Source: Tubiluchus corallicola (lineage: Eukaryota > Animalia > Priapulida). From it: DNA of 59,491 nucleotides. The notes under the pieces were generated by a model. That model had not been told where the DNA came from and did no database searches. It worked only from the letters and a program-made list of their open reading frames with translations. Position 1 is the stretch's first letter; the number at the start of each line of letters is the position of its first letter. Shown here piece by piece: positions 20,076 through 29,920 of this stretch. Position numbers and translations under genes: made by a program. The DNA is taken from NCBI GenBank assembly GCA_030141605.1, contig JAQGDQ010000347.1:1-59491 (forward strand), read 5' to 3'.

Positions 20076-20463
20076 AACTTAAATAACATAAAAACGTAGC
20101 TTGCAAAGATAGTTGAATCTATGTTTTTTGGCGCATAAAAGGAGGTGCCGGTGGATGCAGGCGAAGACGCAGGCAGCTATACCGACAGGAAGACCTATTC
20201 AAAACAAAAGACTTTGACTCAGATTTAAGGAAAATTCGATATAAGCCGCTCCTTATCCAGGCAGATAAAGACTTTAAGGCGGACTTTAACAAAAATATTA
20301 AGCCCTCTAAAGAGATAAAGGGGGTTTTTTGTTACCATAAGAAAGATTTTTATTTTTGCCTTAATTAGCTGTGGGGCTTGCTTGCCACAAGATATCCGTA
20401 CCTTTGGCAAACATGGCTGTTAATGAAGAAAAACACTTTGACAAAAATTAAATTTTACACATA

Positions 20464-21210
20464 ATGAAACTACTTGAAGGAAAGAGTGCTATTATAACCG
20501 GTGCATCAAGAGGTATTGGCAAAGCTATAGCTGTGAAATTTGCCGAGGAGGGATGCAATATCGCTTTCACAGACCTCAACTACGATGACGCTGCAAAAGA
20601 CACTGAAAAAGAGATCGCTTCACTTGGTGTGAAGGTCAAAGCATACGCCTCTAACGCTGCTAACTTTGAAGATGCAAAAAAGCTTATGAGCGAAATTGCT
20701 GAAGAGTTCGATGGAGTTGATGCATTGGTGAATAATGCGGGGATAACAATGGATACACTTATGATGCGTATGACTGAACAGCAATGGGATACCGTAATCA
20801 ATGTAAACTTAAAATCGGTCTTTAACTACACCAGTGCTGCCTTGCCTGTTATGATGAAACAGCGAAGCGGATCAATTGTAAATATAAGCTCAGTCGTGGG
20901 TGTTAGTGGTAATGCCGGGCAGGCTAACTATTCAGCATCAAAAGCCGGTATTATAGGCTTCACAAAATCCATCGCAAAAGAGGTAGGCTCGAGGGGCATT
21001 CGCTCAAACGCAATTGCTCCGGGTTTTATTATCACAGAAATGACAGATAAAATACCCGAAGATGCGCGCAAAGCATGGGAGGCCTCAATACCATTAAAAC
21101 GTGGTGGAACACCTGAAGAGGTAGCTAATACAGCTCTATTTTTCGCCTCTGACCTCTCTTCATACATATCGGGACAGGTCATAACTGTTTGTGGAGCAAT
21201 GAACACCTGA
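20464..21210 (+). CDS. fabG: 3-oxoacyl-ACP reductase
   Basis: TGASRGIG, NNAGIT, GNAGQANYSASK, NAIAPGFI; TACCTTTG promoter element at 20399-20406. Confidence 0.93.
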   Translation: MKLLEGKSAIITGASRGIGKAIAVKFAEEGCNIAFTDLNYDDAAKDTEKEIASLGVKVKAYASNAANFEDAKKLMSEIAEEFDGVDALVNNAGITMDTLMMRMTEQQWDTVINVNLKSVFNYTSAALPVMMKQRSGSIVNISSVVGVSGNAGQANYSASKAGIIGFTKSIAKEVGSRGIRSNAIAPGFIITEMTDKIPEDARKAWEASIPLKRGGTPEEVANTALFFASDLSSYISGQVITVCGAMNT

Positions 21211-21337
21211 CTTATAAAAAAAACGTCTTAAAAACTAATTGCATAACCGCTTTATCCTTAAAACTAAAAGCAAAACACTTTACTTTGACAAACTAACCAC
21301 CCAAACGTAGCTCTATAGACTATCACCTAGTGCGCCT

Positions 21338-23263
21338 ATGAAAAATCGTAATCTAATATCCCGCTTTGGAACACTAGTGATACTAGGAGGAAGCGTCATC
21401 CTAATAACTGTAACCTTTATAATATACAACTTTGCTAAAATAGTAGTCCTAAAGAACATGGAAAGTGAGGTCAAAATAAGTAGCCTGCGCTCCACTGAAA
21501 AACTTGGATACATAGCAAACCAGGCCAATGAAACAGTCTCTTTTCTGGAAAACAACGTTTACAAATACAGCAAAGAAGAAAAAGAGACTGAAAACTTTCT
21601 GTCCACCACCATGAAATTTAAAAATGGATTTTACGCTATTCATATCAAAGAGTATGACGATGAGTGGAGCACCGGTCATCTAAAAGATATTCTCGTGGTG
21701 AATAATATAGGGCGCATTGACACAAAGGACCATACACTTATAAAAAAAAGGCACCTACTCGACAACTGGTACAAAAACATAATTGAAGAAAAAGAGACGA
21801 ACCGAAGCACCCCGCTCTATATAGATGAAACCGGAGAACCGATGCTTGCTTATGCAACAGCGCTCCGAGTACATGAAGGTGGTATACAAAAATGGCGCAT
21901 TATTAACTGTATCATCTCCATAAAGGACATTATCAATGAACTAGAAAATACAGACATATATAACAGCGGCTATCTGCTTCTTGTTGCAGATGGCGGGCAG
22001 ATAGTATACCACCCGGAAAGAAAATACAGAGGACAAAAAATTGAGGCCATTAGCGGTTGCTTTGACAATAACGCATTTAGCTCAATAACGAGTGCGTTAA
22101 GAGAGAGGGAAAGTGGTGTTATAATAAAAATTAGAGACATATGCCATGAAAACAGAAAAAGCGCTGCTGTATCCTGGTCTGTCTCTGAAAAGGGACTGAT
22201 GACTTTAGCTTTTGTCCCAAGAACAGAGATACTTGCCGGGCTGAACAAAGCTTCCATGTGGCTGCTAACACTATTGATTATCAGCATAGCACTCCTGGTA
22301 GCAGTTGTAATATATCTCTCGAAAGTAATATTTTCCCCTATCTCACGACTAGCCAGTAGCGTACGCAAGCTTATAGAAGAAGAGGACACATTGCCGGAGC
22401 CCCGGGACGACATAAGCATACTGACAGAAGGATTAAATGTATTAAAACAGCAAATAGAGACATACCACTCCAGGTGGGATAAAAGCCAACGTGACCAGGA
22501 AAGCCTGAACAGAGAGCTGGAGCTTGCACGTGATATAGAGATGAGTATGGTCCCTTCCAAGTTTCCTCTTTACCCAAACAGAACTGACTTCGATTGTTAC
22601 GGCGTACTTATTCCTGCAAAATCAGTTGGTGGAGACTTTTATGATATTTATTTACTGGACGACAACCAGTTGTTTATATCAATATGCGATACCCTGGGAA
22701 AAGGAATACCTGCTGCAATGTTCTCCGTAATGACTCAAACAATGCTCAGAAGTATTGCAAGTAGAAACCATTCCGCAAGTAAAATTGTTACGCTTTTGAA
22801 TGAGGAGCTGAGCAGAGATAACAGCTCGGATATGTTTGTAACAGTATTTCTAGGCATCCTTAACCTTTCTACCGGAAAACTTACCTACTGTAATGCCGGA
22901 CATCAGCACCCATTTATATTAAAACGTAATGGTAAACTAGAAGACTTACCTCACTCTCACGGCACTCCTGTAGGTATTATAGAAGATCAAAAATTTGATG
23001 AAACAGAGGTGGCGCTAAAACTTGGAGATATTTTTATTGGCTATTCCGATGGGATAACAGAAGAGTATAATAGCAGCGGGCAACTTTTTGGACAGCAAAG
23101 ATTACAGAATGAAATTCAAAACGTTAGCGTAAAAGAGCCCAAACAGATTATTGAAGCAACTATTGAGGCGGTAAAGCAACACAGAGGCGAGCACTCCAAC
23201 CAAAAGGATGATATATCGATGATCTCCGTCAAATATAACTCAAAAAGAGGGAGCGCATCATAA
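21338..23263 (+). CDS. Membrane sensor with Cache/HAMP-like region and SpoIIE (PP2C) phosphatase domain
   Basis: Two TM segments, IVYHP Cache-like motif, VGGDFYD, GKGIPAA, MFVTVF, NAGH, SDGITE, DDIS. Confidence 0.88.
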   Translation: MKNRNLISRFGTLVILGGSVILITVTFIIYNFAKIVVLKNMESEVKISSLRSTEKLGYIANQANETVSFLENNVYKYSKEEKETENFLSTTMKFKNGFYAIHIKEYDDEWSTGHLKDILVVNNIGRIDTKDHTLIKKRHLLDNWYKNIIEEKETNRSTPLYIDETGEPMLAYATALRVHEGGIQKWRIINCIISIKDIINELENTDIYNSGYLLLVADGGQIVYHPERKYRGQKIEAISGCFDNNAFSSITSALRERESGVIIKIRDICHENRKSAAVSWSVSEKGLMTLAFVPRTEILAGLNKASMWLLTLLIISIALLVAVVIYLSKVIFSPISRLASSVRKLIEEEDTLPEPRDDISILTEGLNVLKQQIETYHSRWDKSQRDQESLNRELELARDIEMSMVPSKFPLYPNRTDFDCYGVLIPAKSVGGDFYDIYLLDDNQLFISICDTLGKGIPAAMFSVMTQTMLRSIASRNHSASKIVTLLNEELSRDNSSDMFVTVFLGILNLSTGKLTYCNAGHQHPFILKRNGKLEDLPHSHGTPVGIIEDQKFDETEVALKLGDIFIGYSDGITEEYNSSGQLFGQQRLQNEIQNVSVKEPKQIIEATIEAVKQHRGEHSNQKDDISMISVKYNSKRGSAS

Positions 23264-23356
23264 AGTGCAAAACACAAAACCTTTACAAGGATTATTCTTT
23301 GGCCGGCACCAAATTATAAGCCCTAATAAAGGCGCAACTATATACTCTCTTTTACG

Positions 23357-25135
23357 CTATAAATAAGCCAACCCCAAAATGGTAACAGTAACGGCCATAT
23401 AAATAAGCGTAAGCGGGAACCCAAACTTAAAAAAATCTTTAAAAGAATACCCTCCAGGGCCATACACCATAAGGTTTGTTTGATAGCCTATGGGAGTCAT
23501 AAAGTTGGCGGCAGCGGCAAAAGCGACAACAAGGATAAAAGGAGTTGTCGACAACTCCAGATTTAATGCCATAGTTAACGATATGGGAAATATTATAGCC
23601 ACAGCGGCCTTATTTGTGATTAAATTGGCCAATATTGATGTGATAAGGTAGATACCAGTAAGCAGTGCAATATTCCCAAATGGCTCGCAGACAGATATTA
23701 TGCCTTCGGCAATCATTTCAGCAACTCCTGTCTTTAGCATAGCTGTACCTAATGATAATGATAACGCTATTATCATAGCTAGCTCATAATCAACACTTTT
23801 AGGAATATCCTTCGACGGATATATCCTGAGCATACTAATAAGGATGATAAGCACCAAAAGTGATGTGAAGAGTGGAACAAGGTGGAGGGCAGATAGCAAA
23901 ATAGCAGCCCCGACACCCCCAAAAATGACAGCTATTTGCCAAGTATTTATTTTGCAGTGAGACTTCACCTTGGAAATATGGTAAAAATCCAGAGTGCCGG
24001 ACGAAAGAGCTGTAAAATTGCTACCTGCAAAGAGAAGAAGTACATCGCCTGCCCTCAACTTTTGGTAGGTGATCTTACCTGATATCCTCTCCCCGTTTCG
24101 GTGTATTGCGATAATTGCAGCATCAAACTTGCTCCTGAAGCCGGCATCTATCACAGTTTTGCCTATTAATGAAGAGTTGTGTGATATAACAACCTCAACC
24201 ACCTCGGTGGCCCTCTGTTTACTTATTGTGCCTATAGCCGGAAATGATAAGCCTGAATCACTTTTTGTTATAATATCAGCTATTGTATTAGTATCTCCTG
24301 CAAATACGACAAAATCCCCTTCCCGCAGCTTGGTCTGCACAGAAATAGCGGAGATATGCTCTCCCTCTCTAATCACCTCTATGAGATATAATCCTTTCAG
24401 GCTGCTGAGCTCCCTGTTCATTATCTCCTGCCCTGCCAGTGGAGAACCTTTGGTAATTTGTGCCTGCAAAATATACTCGCGATTTTTTGAGCGAAACTCA
24501 TTCATCGCATCTTTTCTGTCGGGCAAAAACCTCTTCCCCGCAAAAGTGATGTAGCAGATCCCTATTAAGGCCATAGTTGCACCAATTGGGAAAAAGGTAA
24601 ATATATTCAGCTGGGGAAGATCCGGGACTATCTCCTGCTCTGTTACCATACCGTTTATCATGAGGTTGGTAGATGTACCTATAAGTGTTACACAACCACC
24701 CAAAATAGCCGCATAAGAAAGCGGTATTAGCAGTTTAGATGGAGAAATATTATTTCTTTTACCCCAACTGTGAATATACGGCATTATAATAGCAACAAGT
24801 GGAGTGTTATTAAGAAAAGCAGAAGAGGTGGCAACAATGGACATAATTTTGACAATAAAACTTCTGTAACTCTTTGTCCCACTAAAGAGCTTTTCAAATA
24901 TCCTATCCACCACCGATGCTTGGCGAATAATATCACCCAAAATAAGCAGCAGTAAAATTACCACCAGCTGCTCGTTAGCAAATCCGCTAAGTATTTCTAC
25001 TGGAGAGAGTATCTCTGTAATACCCAGCACCCCAACTGCGATAACGAAAGTAAAAGCCGGCCCCAGTATTTCAAAATAGAGAGAAATAAGAATAAAGGCG
25101 AGCACTGCAAATACTATAATAACATCAATACTCAA
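23357..25135 (-). CDS. SLC13-family permease with TrkA-C domains
   Basis: SAFLNNTPLV, PSKLLIPLSYAAILGG, LIGTSTNL, TPIGYQTNLMVYGPGGY. Confidence 0.9.
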   Translation of the reverse strand: MSIDVIIVFAVLAFILISLYFEILGPAFTFVIAVGVLGITEILSPVEILSGFANEQLVVILLLLILGDIIRQASVVDRIFEKLFSGTKSYRSFIVKIMSIVATSSAFLNNTPLVAIIMPYIHSWGKRNNISPSKLLIPLSYAAILGGCVTLIGTSTNLMINGMVTEQEIVPDLPQLNIFTFFPIGATMALIGICYITFAGKRFLPDRKDAMNEFRSKNREYILQAQITKGSPLAGQEIMNRELSSLKGLYLIEVIREGEHISAISVQTKLREGDFVVFAGDTNTIADIITKSDSGLSFPAIGTISKQRATEVVEVVISHNSSLIGKTVIDAGFRSKFDAAIIAIHRNGERISGKITYQKLRAGDVLLLFAGSNFTALSSGTLDFYHISKVKSHCKINTWQIAVIFGGVGAAILLSALHLVPLFTSLLVLIILISMLRIYPSKDIPKSVDYELAMIIALSLSLGTAMLKTGVAEMIAEGIISVCEPFGNIALLTGIYLITSILANLITNKAAVAIIFPISLTMALNLELSTTPFILVVAFAAAANFMTPIGYQTNLMVYGPGGYSFKDFFKFGFPLTLIYMAVTVTILGLAYL

Positions 25136-25365
25136 GGTTTTCCTATCATTTTTAAAATGAGAGAGTGAAGTTAATATATTTTTAATAACAATGAAGTTCC
25201 TTTAAAGAGAAGTATTTAAAACTTAACTCGAGAGAAAATTTGATACGAACCCGAAGTAGTAAGCAGGGATTTTAAAGATTCTTTGCAAAAAGCAGGCAAA
25301 AGGCCTATCTCATAAAAGCTTTACGGCTCTAAAGGTGATGGCCTATATCTATAAAATAGAGAAGC

Positions 25366-25456
25366 CCTCAAGAGCTAACTGACTTTCAAGGAAAATCGAA
25401 AAAATGAAAAACACAGACTTAAAAACCTCAAGAGCCAACTGACTTTCAAGGGCTCT
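25366..25456 (-). terminator. Two 26-bp direct repeats forming tandem terminator-like hairpins downstream of the OMP gene (also at 28561-28646)
   Basis: cctcaagagc(t/c)aactgactttcaagg at 25366 and 25426; on the minus strand it forms a G-U-containing stem, and the gene-proximal copy is followed by TTTTT. Confidence 0.5.
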
Positions 25457-25514
25457 ATATTTTACACCACAACCTTCTGTTATAGTAGAATATAACTCCT
25501 CACATTAAAACTCA

Positions 25515-26180
25515 CTAGAATAGCTTAAACCCTAAAGAGAATGTGAGGTAGTTCGCTTTATTTTCAAAATTAAATTCATCTATGATACTGTCGTAACTAG
25601 CGTCACTGATATTTGTTATCCCCGCTATTGAATACCTTACATCAAAAGTAAATTTAGCTATATCAATACCCGCTCCGAACTGGAGATCCCATATGAGGGA
25701 ATTATAGTTGTTTCCCGCATCAACTATTGTGTTACTGTCAATATCCAAAAGGCTGGACTCTTTATCAAGAACAATAGAAGCAGCAGGACCGGCAAAGGCA
25801 TGTACAGAAAGAAGTTTGAGGTCTAAAACTTTGTACCCAAGCAACAGGGGAATATCCAAAGAAGTAACGGAGATATACTGATTATACTGGATTTGCTCGG
25901 CAGACACCTCACCACTTTGAAAATTTGTAATCCCGCTTTTTTTAGAATACAAAAACTCGGGTTGAAGATAAAGCTTCTTACCAACACGAGCAAAGAGACC
26001 AAAACTATAGCCAGACTTGGTCTTATCAGTACTAAAAAAATCGGAAAAAGAAAGCTCACTTAAATCCAGCCCAGTTACAGCAGTTGAAAACCACGCTTTT
26101 ACTCCAAGGTCAATTGTCTGAGCGAAGCTGCTACAAGCAATAAATACAGAAACTACAAAACAGAGAACAAATTTTTTCAT
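25515..26180 (-). CDS. Outer-membrane beta-barrel (porin-family/OMP_b-brl_2-like) protein, variant copy
   Basis: Signal peptide, LYLQPE, LDIPLLLGYK, FAGP, terminal LGFKLF; lacks GLNTS relative to the other copy. Confidence 0.85.
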   Translation of the reverse strand: MKKFVLCFVVSVFIACSSFAQTIDLGVKAWFSTAVTGLDLSELSFSDFFSTDKTKSGYSFGLFARVGKKLYLQPEFLYSKKSGITNFQSGEVSAEQIQYNQYISVTSLDIPLLLGYKVLDLKLLSVHAFAGPAASIVLDKESSLLDIDSNTIVDAGNNYNSLIWDLQFGAGIDIAKFTFDVRYSIAGITNISDASYDSIIDEFNFENKANYLTFSLGFKLF

Positions 26181-26275
26181 GCTTTTAATATTTTAAATTG
26201 TAGTACTGGAATCTACTGCACTCTAAAAGCTGTAACCGAAATTATATTGACTCTTTCACCTCACAACCTTACCAA

Positions 26276-26283
26276 CAAAAGTA
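26276..26283 (-). promoter_or_regulatory. Bacteroidota -7 element (TACTTTTG) of the OMP gene, duplicated at 29480-29487
   Basis: TAnnTTTG about 95 nt upstream of the ATG in both copies. Confidence 0.55.
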
Positions 26284-26402
26284 ATAAAAAAAGCTAAGCC
26301 TTCTATAAAGCTCATCTTTTTAGCTGACACCTTTATCAAAACGGGCTCTCTAGCCCTCCAGGCCTGCTTACAAAGAAGATCCCCCTTTTTCATCTACTGT
26401 AT

Positions 26403-26716
26403 CTATCCGGTTACTTCTGAAGGTATTCCCATCACCATGACTTTTTTATCATTTTTGGGACGAGGCGTAAAAATATCATCCGGCTCTATCCCTACCTCTT
26501 TTATTACTTCTAAGCAATACTCAAGCCTTCCCAGATCATCATTACTTCCGTTGTTAGTGCCAAATGAAAACTTAACACCTGCCTCTTTTGCTTTTTTGGC
26601 AAGAGCTATACCTGGCAACCTGAAGCGCGCATTGATCTCCAACGCTACATCATTGCTTTTCAATGCCTTTACAACACGATCTGTCCTTTCAGGCGTCCAT
26701 AACCTGTCATAATCTT
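26403..26716 (-). pseudogene. Duplicated 3' fragment of the DUF1080-PHP gene, fused in frame to the IS1634 left end
   Basis: Matches the last ~103 aa of 29607-31064 (one I>T change). Confidence 0.9.
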
Positions 26717-28362
26717 CCTGTTTTGTGCACCACAACGACGCCCCAAGAATGCACTACTGATTATCAGCAAGATAGGAATTTCAAATTTGCATTTTGGGTG
26801 CTGCATGCTTAATTTTATGCATGTTTGTCCGAAAAAATAAGAATCGGAGTGGTTCTGTGAGTGTACAGATAATCTCAAAAAATCATGGTAAATATAAGGT
26901 TGTAAAAACCGTAGGTTGCGCAAAAACAAAGCGGGAAGAAGAATTGCTTTTATTGCTTACCAACACAGAGATAGAGCGGCTTAGGGGCATGCAATCGCTT
27001 TTTGTTGAACACGATGATTTGGTGGTTGAAAACTTTGTGGACAGCATTGCAAACAATCATTTACAAGTTGTAGGAAGTGAATTAATTTTAGGCAAAATTT
27101 ATCAAGTCTTTAACTTTCCGGATGATGGGTGCTGCAATTATTTTCGCAACCTGGTATTATGTCGGTTAGTGTACCCGGGAAGCAAATTAAAAACCGTTGA
27201 CTATTTTAGACAGCACCTGAATACAGATGTTAGCGTACACACTATTTATCGTTTCCTTGACGAGCTAAATACAAGTTTAAAGCCACAAATTGAACAACTT
27301 ACCTTTAAGCACACCAGGAAGCTACTAAAAGGAAAGATAAGTATCGCATTTTATGATATGACCACATTGTATTTTGAGGCATCAGAAGAAGATGACTACC
27401 GTATTCCCGGATTCAACAAAGATGGCAAGCTTCAACAACCGCAAATAATGATAGGTTTACTGGTGGGTAAATATGGATACCCGATTGGCTATCAAATATT
27501 CGAGGGAAACACCTCTGAAACAAAAACACTAATCCCTGTTCTGGAAGCCTTTCAAAATAAATTTAATATCGAAAGGCCTATTGTAGTTGCCGATGCAGCT
27601 TTACTCTCGCAGAAGAACATAAATGCCTTGATTGAAAACAAATACGAGTACATACTTGGAGGACGGATAAAGAATGAAAGTCAAAAAATAAAAGAAAAAA
27701 TTATAGCTCTTGATATTAAAGAAAACAAGCCAGTTGAGTTGAAAAACAAGAATGGAAGGTTGATTATCAGCTTCTCAGAAAAAAGAGCCTTCAACGATAA
27801 AAAAACAGAGAGAAGGGCTTAAAAAGACTTGAAAAACGTGTTGCTTCCGGCAAGCTAACAAAGAATCACATAAATAATCGCGGGTATAATAAATATCTGA
27901 ATCTGTCGGGGGAGATTGCCGTTAAAATCGACTACGATAAGTTCCAGTCAGATAGAGTTTGGGATGGGTTGAAGGGTTATGTAACCAATACCCATTTACC
28001 GAGAAAAGATGTTATCGGGAATTATAGTCAGTTGTGGCAAGTGGAAAAAGCTTTTCGTATATCAAAAACTGATTTACGAATACGGCCAGTTTATCACCGC
28101 TTAAAAGAACGCATTGAAGCCCATATCTGTATTTGTTTCACAGCCTATGCCATTTACAAAGAGCTGGAAAGGTTATTGAAGGCAAATAATATTGATATCT
28201 CTGCTGAAAAAGCCTTGGAACAAATCCGGCAGATCAGGCAGCTGCAATACACTCTGCCCAAATCGAAACAAGTCAGAACAAAAATATTACAGCCAACTGA
28301 AATGCAAAAAAAGTTGTTAAATATGAAATTATAAACTTGGGTGCTGCAATGCACAAAACAGG
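26717..28362 (+). mobile_element. IS1634-family element, copy 2 (1646 bp)
   Basis: Same TIRs; one base shorter than copies 1 and 3. Confidence 0.93.
26821..28334 (+). pseudogene. IS1634 transposase, frameshifted
   Basis: A8 tract reduced to A7 at about 27799-27805, giving a stop at 27822; also H>L in GKHQQ. Confidence 0.9.
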
Positions 28363-29920
28363 AAGTTAATATATTTTTAATAACAATGAAGTTCCTTTAA
28401 AGAGAAGTATTTAAAACTTAACTCGAGAGAAAATTTGATACGAACCCGAAGTAGTAAGCAGGGATTTTAAAGATTCTTTGCAAAAAGCAGGCAAAAGGCC
28501 TATCTCATAAAAGCTTTACGGCTCCAAAGGTGATGGCCTATATCTATAAAATAGAGAAGCCCTCAAGAGCTAACTGACTTTCAAGGAAAATCGAAAAAAT
28601 GAAAAACACAGACTTAAAAACCTCAAGAGCCAACTGACTTTCAAGGGCTCTATATTTTACACCACAACCTTCTGTTATAGTAGAATATAACTCCTCACAT
28701 TAAAACTCACTAGAATAGCTTAAACCCTAAAGAGAATGTGAGGTAGTTCGCTTTATTTTCAAAATTAAATTCATCTATGATACTGTCGTAACTAGCGTCA
28801 CTGATATTTGTTATCCCCATTGAATACCTTACATCAAAAGTAAATTTAGCTATATCAATACCCGCTCCGAACTGGAGATCCCATATGAGGGAATTATAGT
28901 TGTTTCCCGCATCAACTATTGTGTTACTGTCAATATCCAAAAGGCTGGACTCTTTATCAAGAACAATAGAAGCAGCAGGACCGGCAAAGGCATGTACAGA
29001 AAGAAGTTTGAGGTCTAAAACTTTGTACCCAAGCAACAGGGGAATATCCAAAGAAGTAACGGAGATATCCTGATTATACTGGATTTGCTCGGCAGACACC
29101 TCACCACTTTGAAAATTTGTAATCCCGCTTTTTTTAGAATACAAAAGCTCGGGTTGAAGATAAAGCTTCTTACCAACACGAGCAAAGAGACCAAAACTAT
29201 AGCCAGACTTGGTCTTATCAGTACTAAAATCGGAAAAAGAAAGCTCACTTAAATCCAGCCCAGTTGCAGCAGTTGAAAACCACGAAGTGTTCAGTCCCGC
29301 TTTTACTCCAAGGTCAATTGTCTGAGCGAAGCTGCTACAAGCAATAAATACAGAAACTACAAAACAGAGAACAAATTTTTTCATGCTTTTAATATTTTAA
29401 ATTGTAATACTGGAATCTACTACACTCTAAAAGCTGTAACCGAAATTATATTGACTCTTTCACCTCACAACCTTACCAACAAAAGTAATAAAAAAAGCTA
29501 AGCCTTCTATAAAGCTCATCTTTTTAGCTGACACCTTTATCAAAACGGGCTCTCTAGCCCTCCAGGCCTGCTTACAAAGAAGATCCCCCTTTTTCATCTA
29601 CTGTATCTATCCGGTTACTTCTGAAGGTATTCCCATCACCATGACTTTTTTATCATTTTTGGGACGAGGCGTAAAAATATCATCCGGCTCTATCCCTACC
29701 TCTTTTATTACTTCTAAGCAATACTCAAGCCTTCCCAGATCATCATTACTTCCGTTGTTAGTGCCAAATGAAAACTTAACACCCGCCTCTTTTGCTTTTT
29801 TGGCAAGAGCTATACCTGGCAACCTGAAGCGCGCATTGATCTCCAACGCTACATCATTGCTTTTCAATGCCTTTACAACACGATCTATCCTTTCAGGCGT
29901 CCATAACCTGTCATAATCTT
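28363..29920 (+). repeat. Right copy (1558 bp) of the direct repeat flanking IS1634 copy 2
   Basis: Starts at the base after the TIR; identity with the left copy ends at ...tcataatctt (29920). Confidence 0.95.
28710..29384 (-). CDS. Outer-membrane beta-barrel (porin-family) protein, ancestral-like copy
   Basis: Retains the family-typical GVKAGLN first-strand motif; terminal Phe. Confidence 0.87.
   Translation of the reverse strand: MKKFVLCFVVSVFIACSSFAQTIDLGVKAGLNTSWFSTAATGLDLSELSFSDFSTDKTKSGYSFGLFARVGKKLYLQPELLYSKKSGITNFQSGEVSAEQIQYNQDISVTSLDIPLLLGYKVLDLKLLSVHAFAGPAASIVLDKESSLLDIDSNTIVDAGNNYNSLIWDLQFGAGIDIAKFTFDVRYSMGITNISDASYDSIIDEFNFENKANYLTFSLGFKLF

Larger units (their letters stand above)
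25168..26716 (+). repeat. Left copy (1549 bp) of the direct repeat flanking IS1634 copy 2
   Basis: Matches 28363-29920 except for 8 substitutions and 3 indels counted by eye; abuts the IS TIR at 26717. Confidence 0.95.

Noticed and set aside
25366-25451. 26-bp repeat / 34-bp spacer / 26-bp repeat resembling a mini-CRISPR
   Set aside because: Only two units, a low-complexity A-rich spacer and no cas genes; position and U tract fit tandem terminators. The second occurrence is just part of the 1.55-kb duplication.
27799-27805. A-tract in IS1634 copy 2 as a programmed frameshift or phase switch
   Set aside because: The other two copies have A8 and a continuous ORF; simple slippage mutation or sequencing error suffices.
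25515-29384. Diversity-generating retroelement explanation for the two OMP variants
   Set aside because: No reverse transcriptase in the window; differences include indels and are not confined to adenines or a C-terminal variable region.
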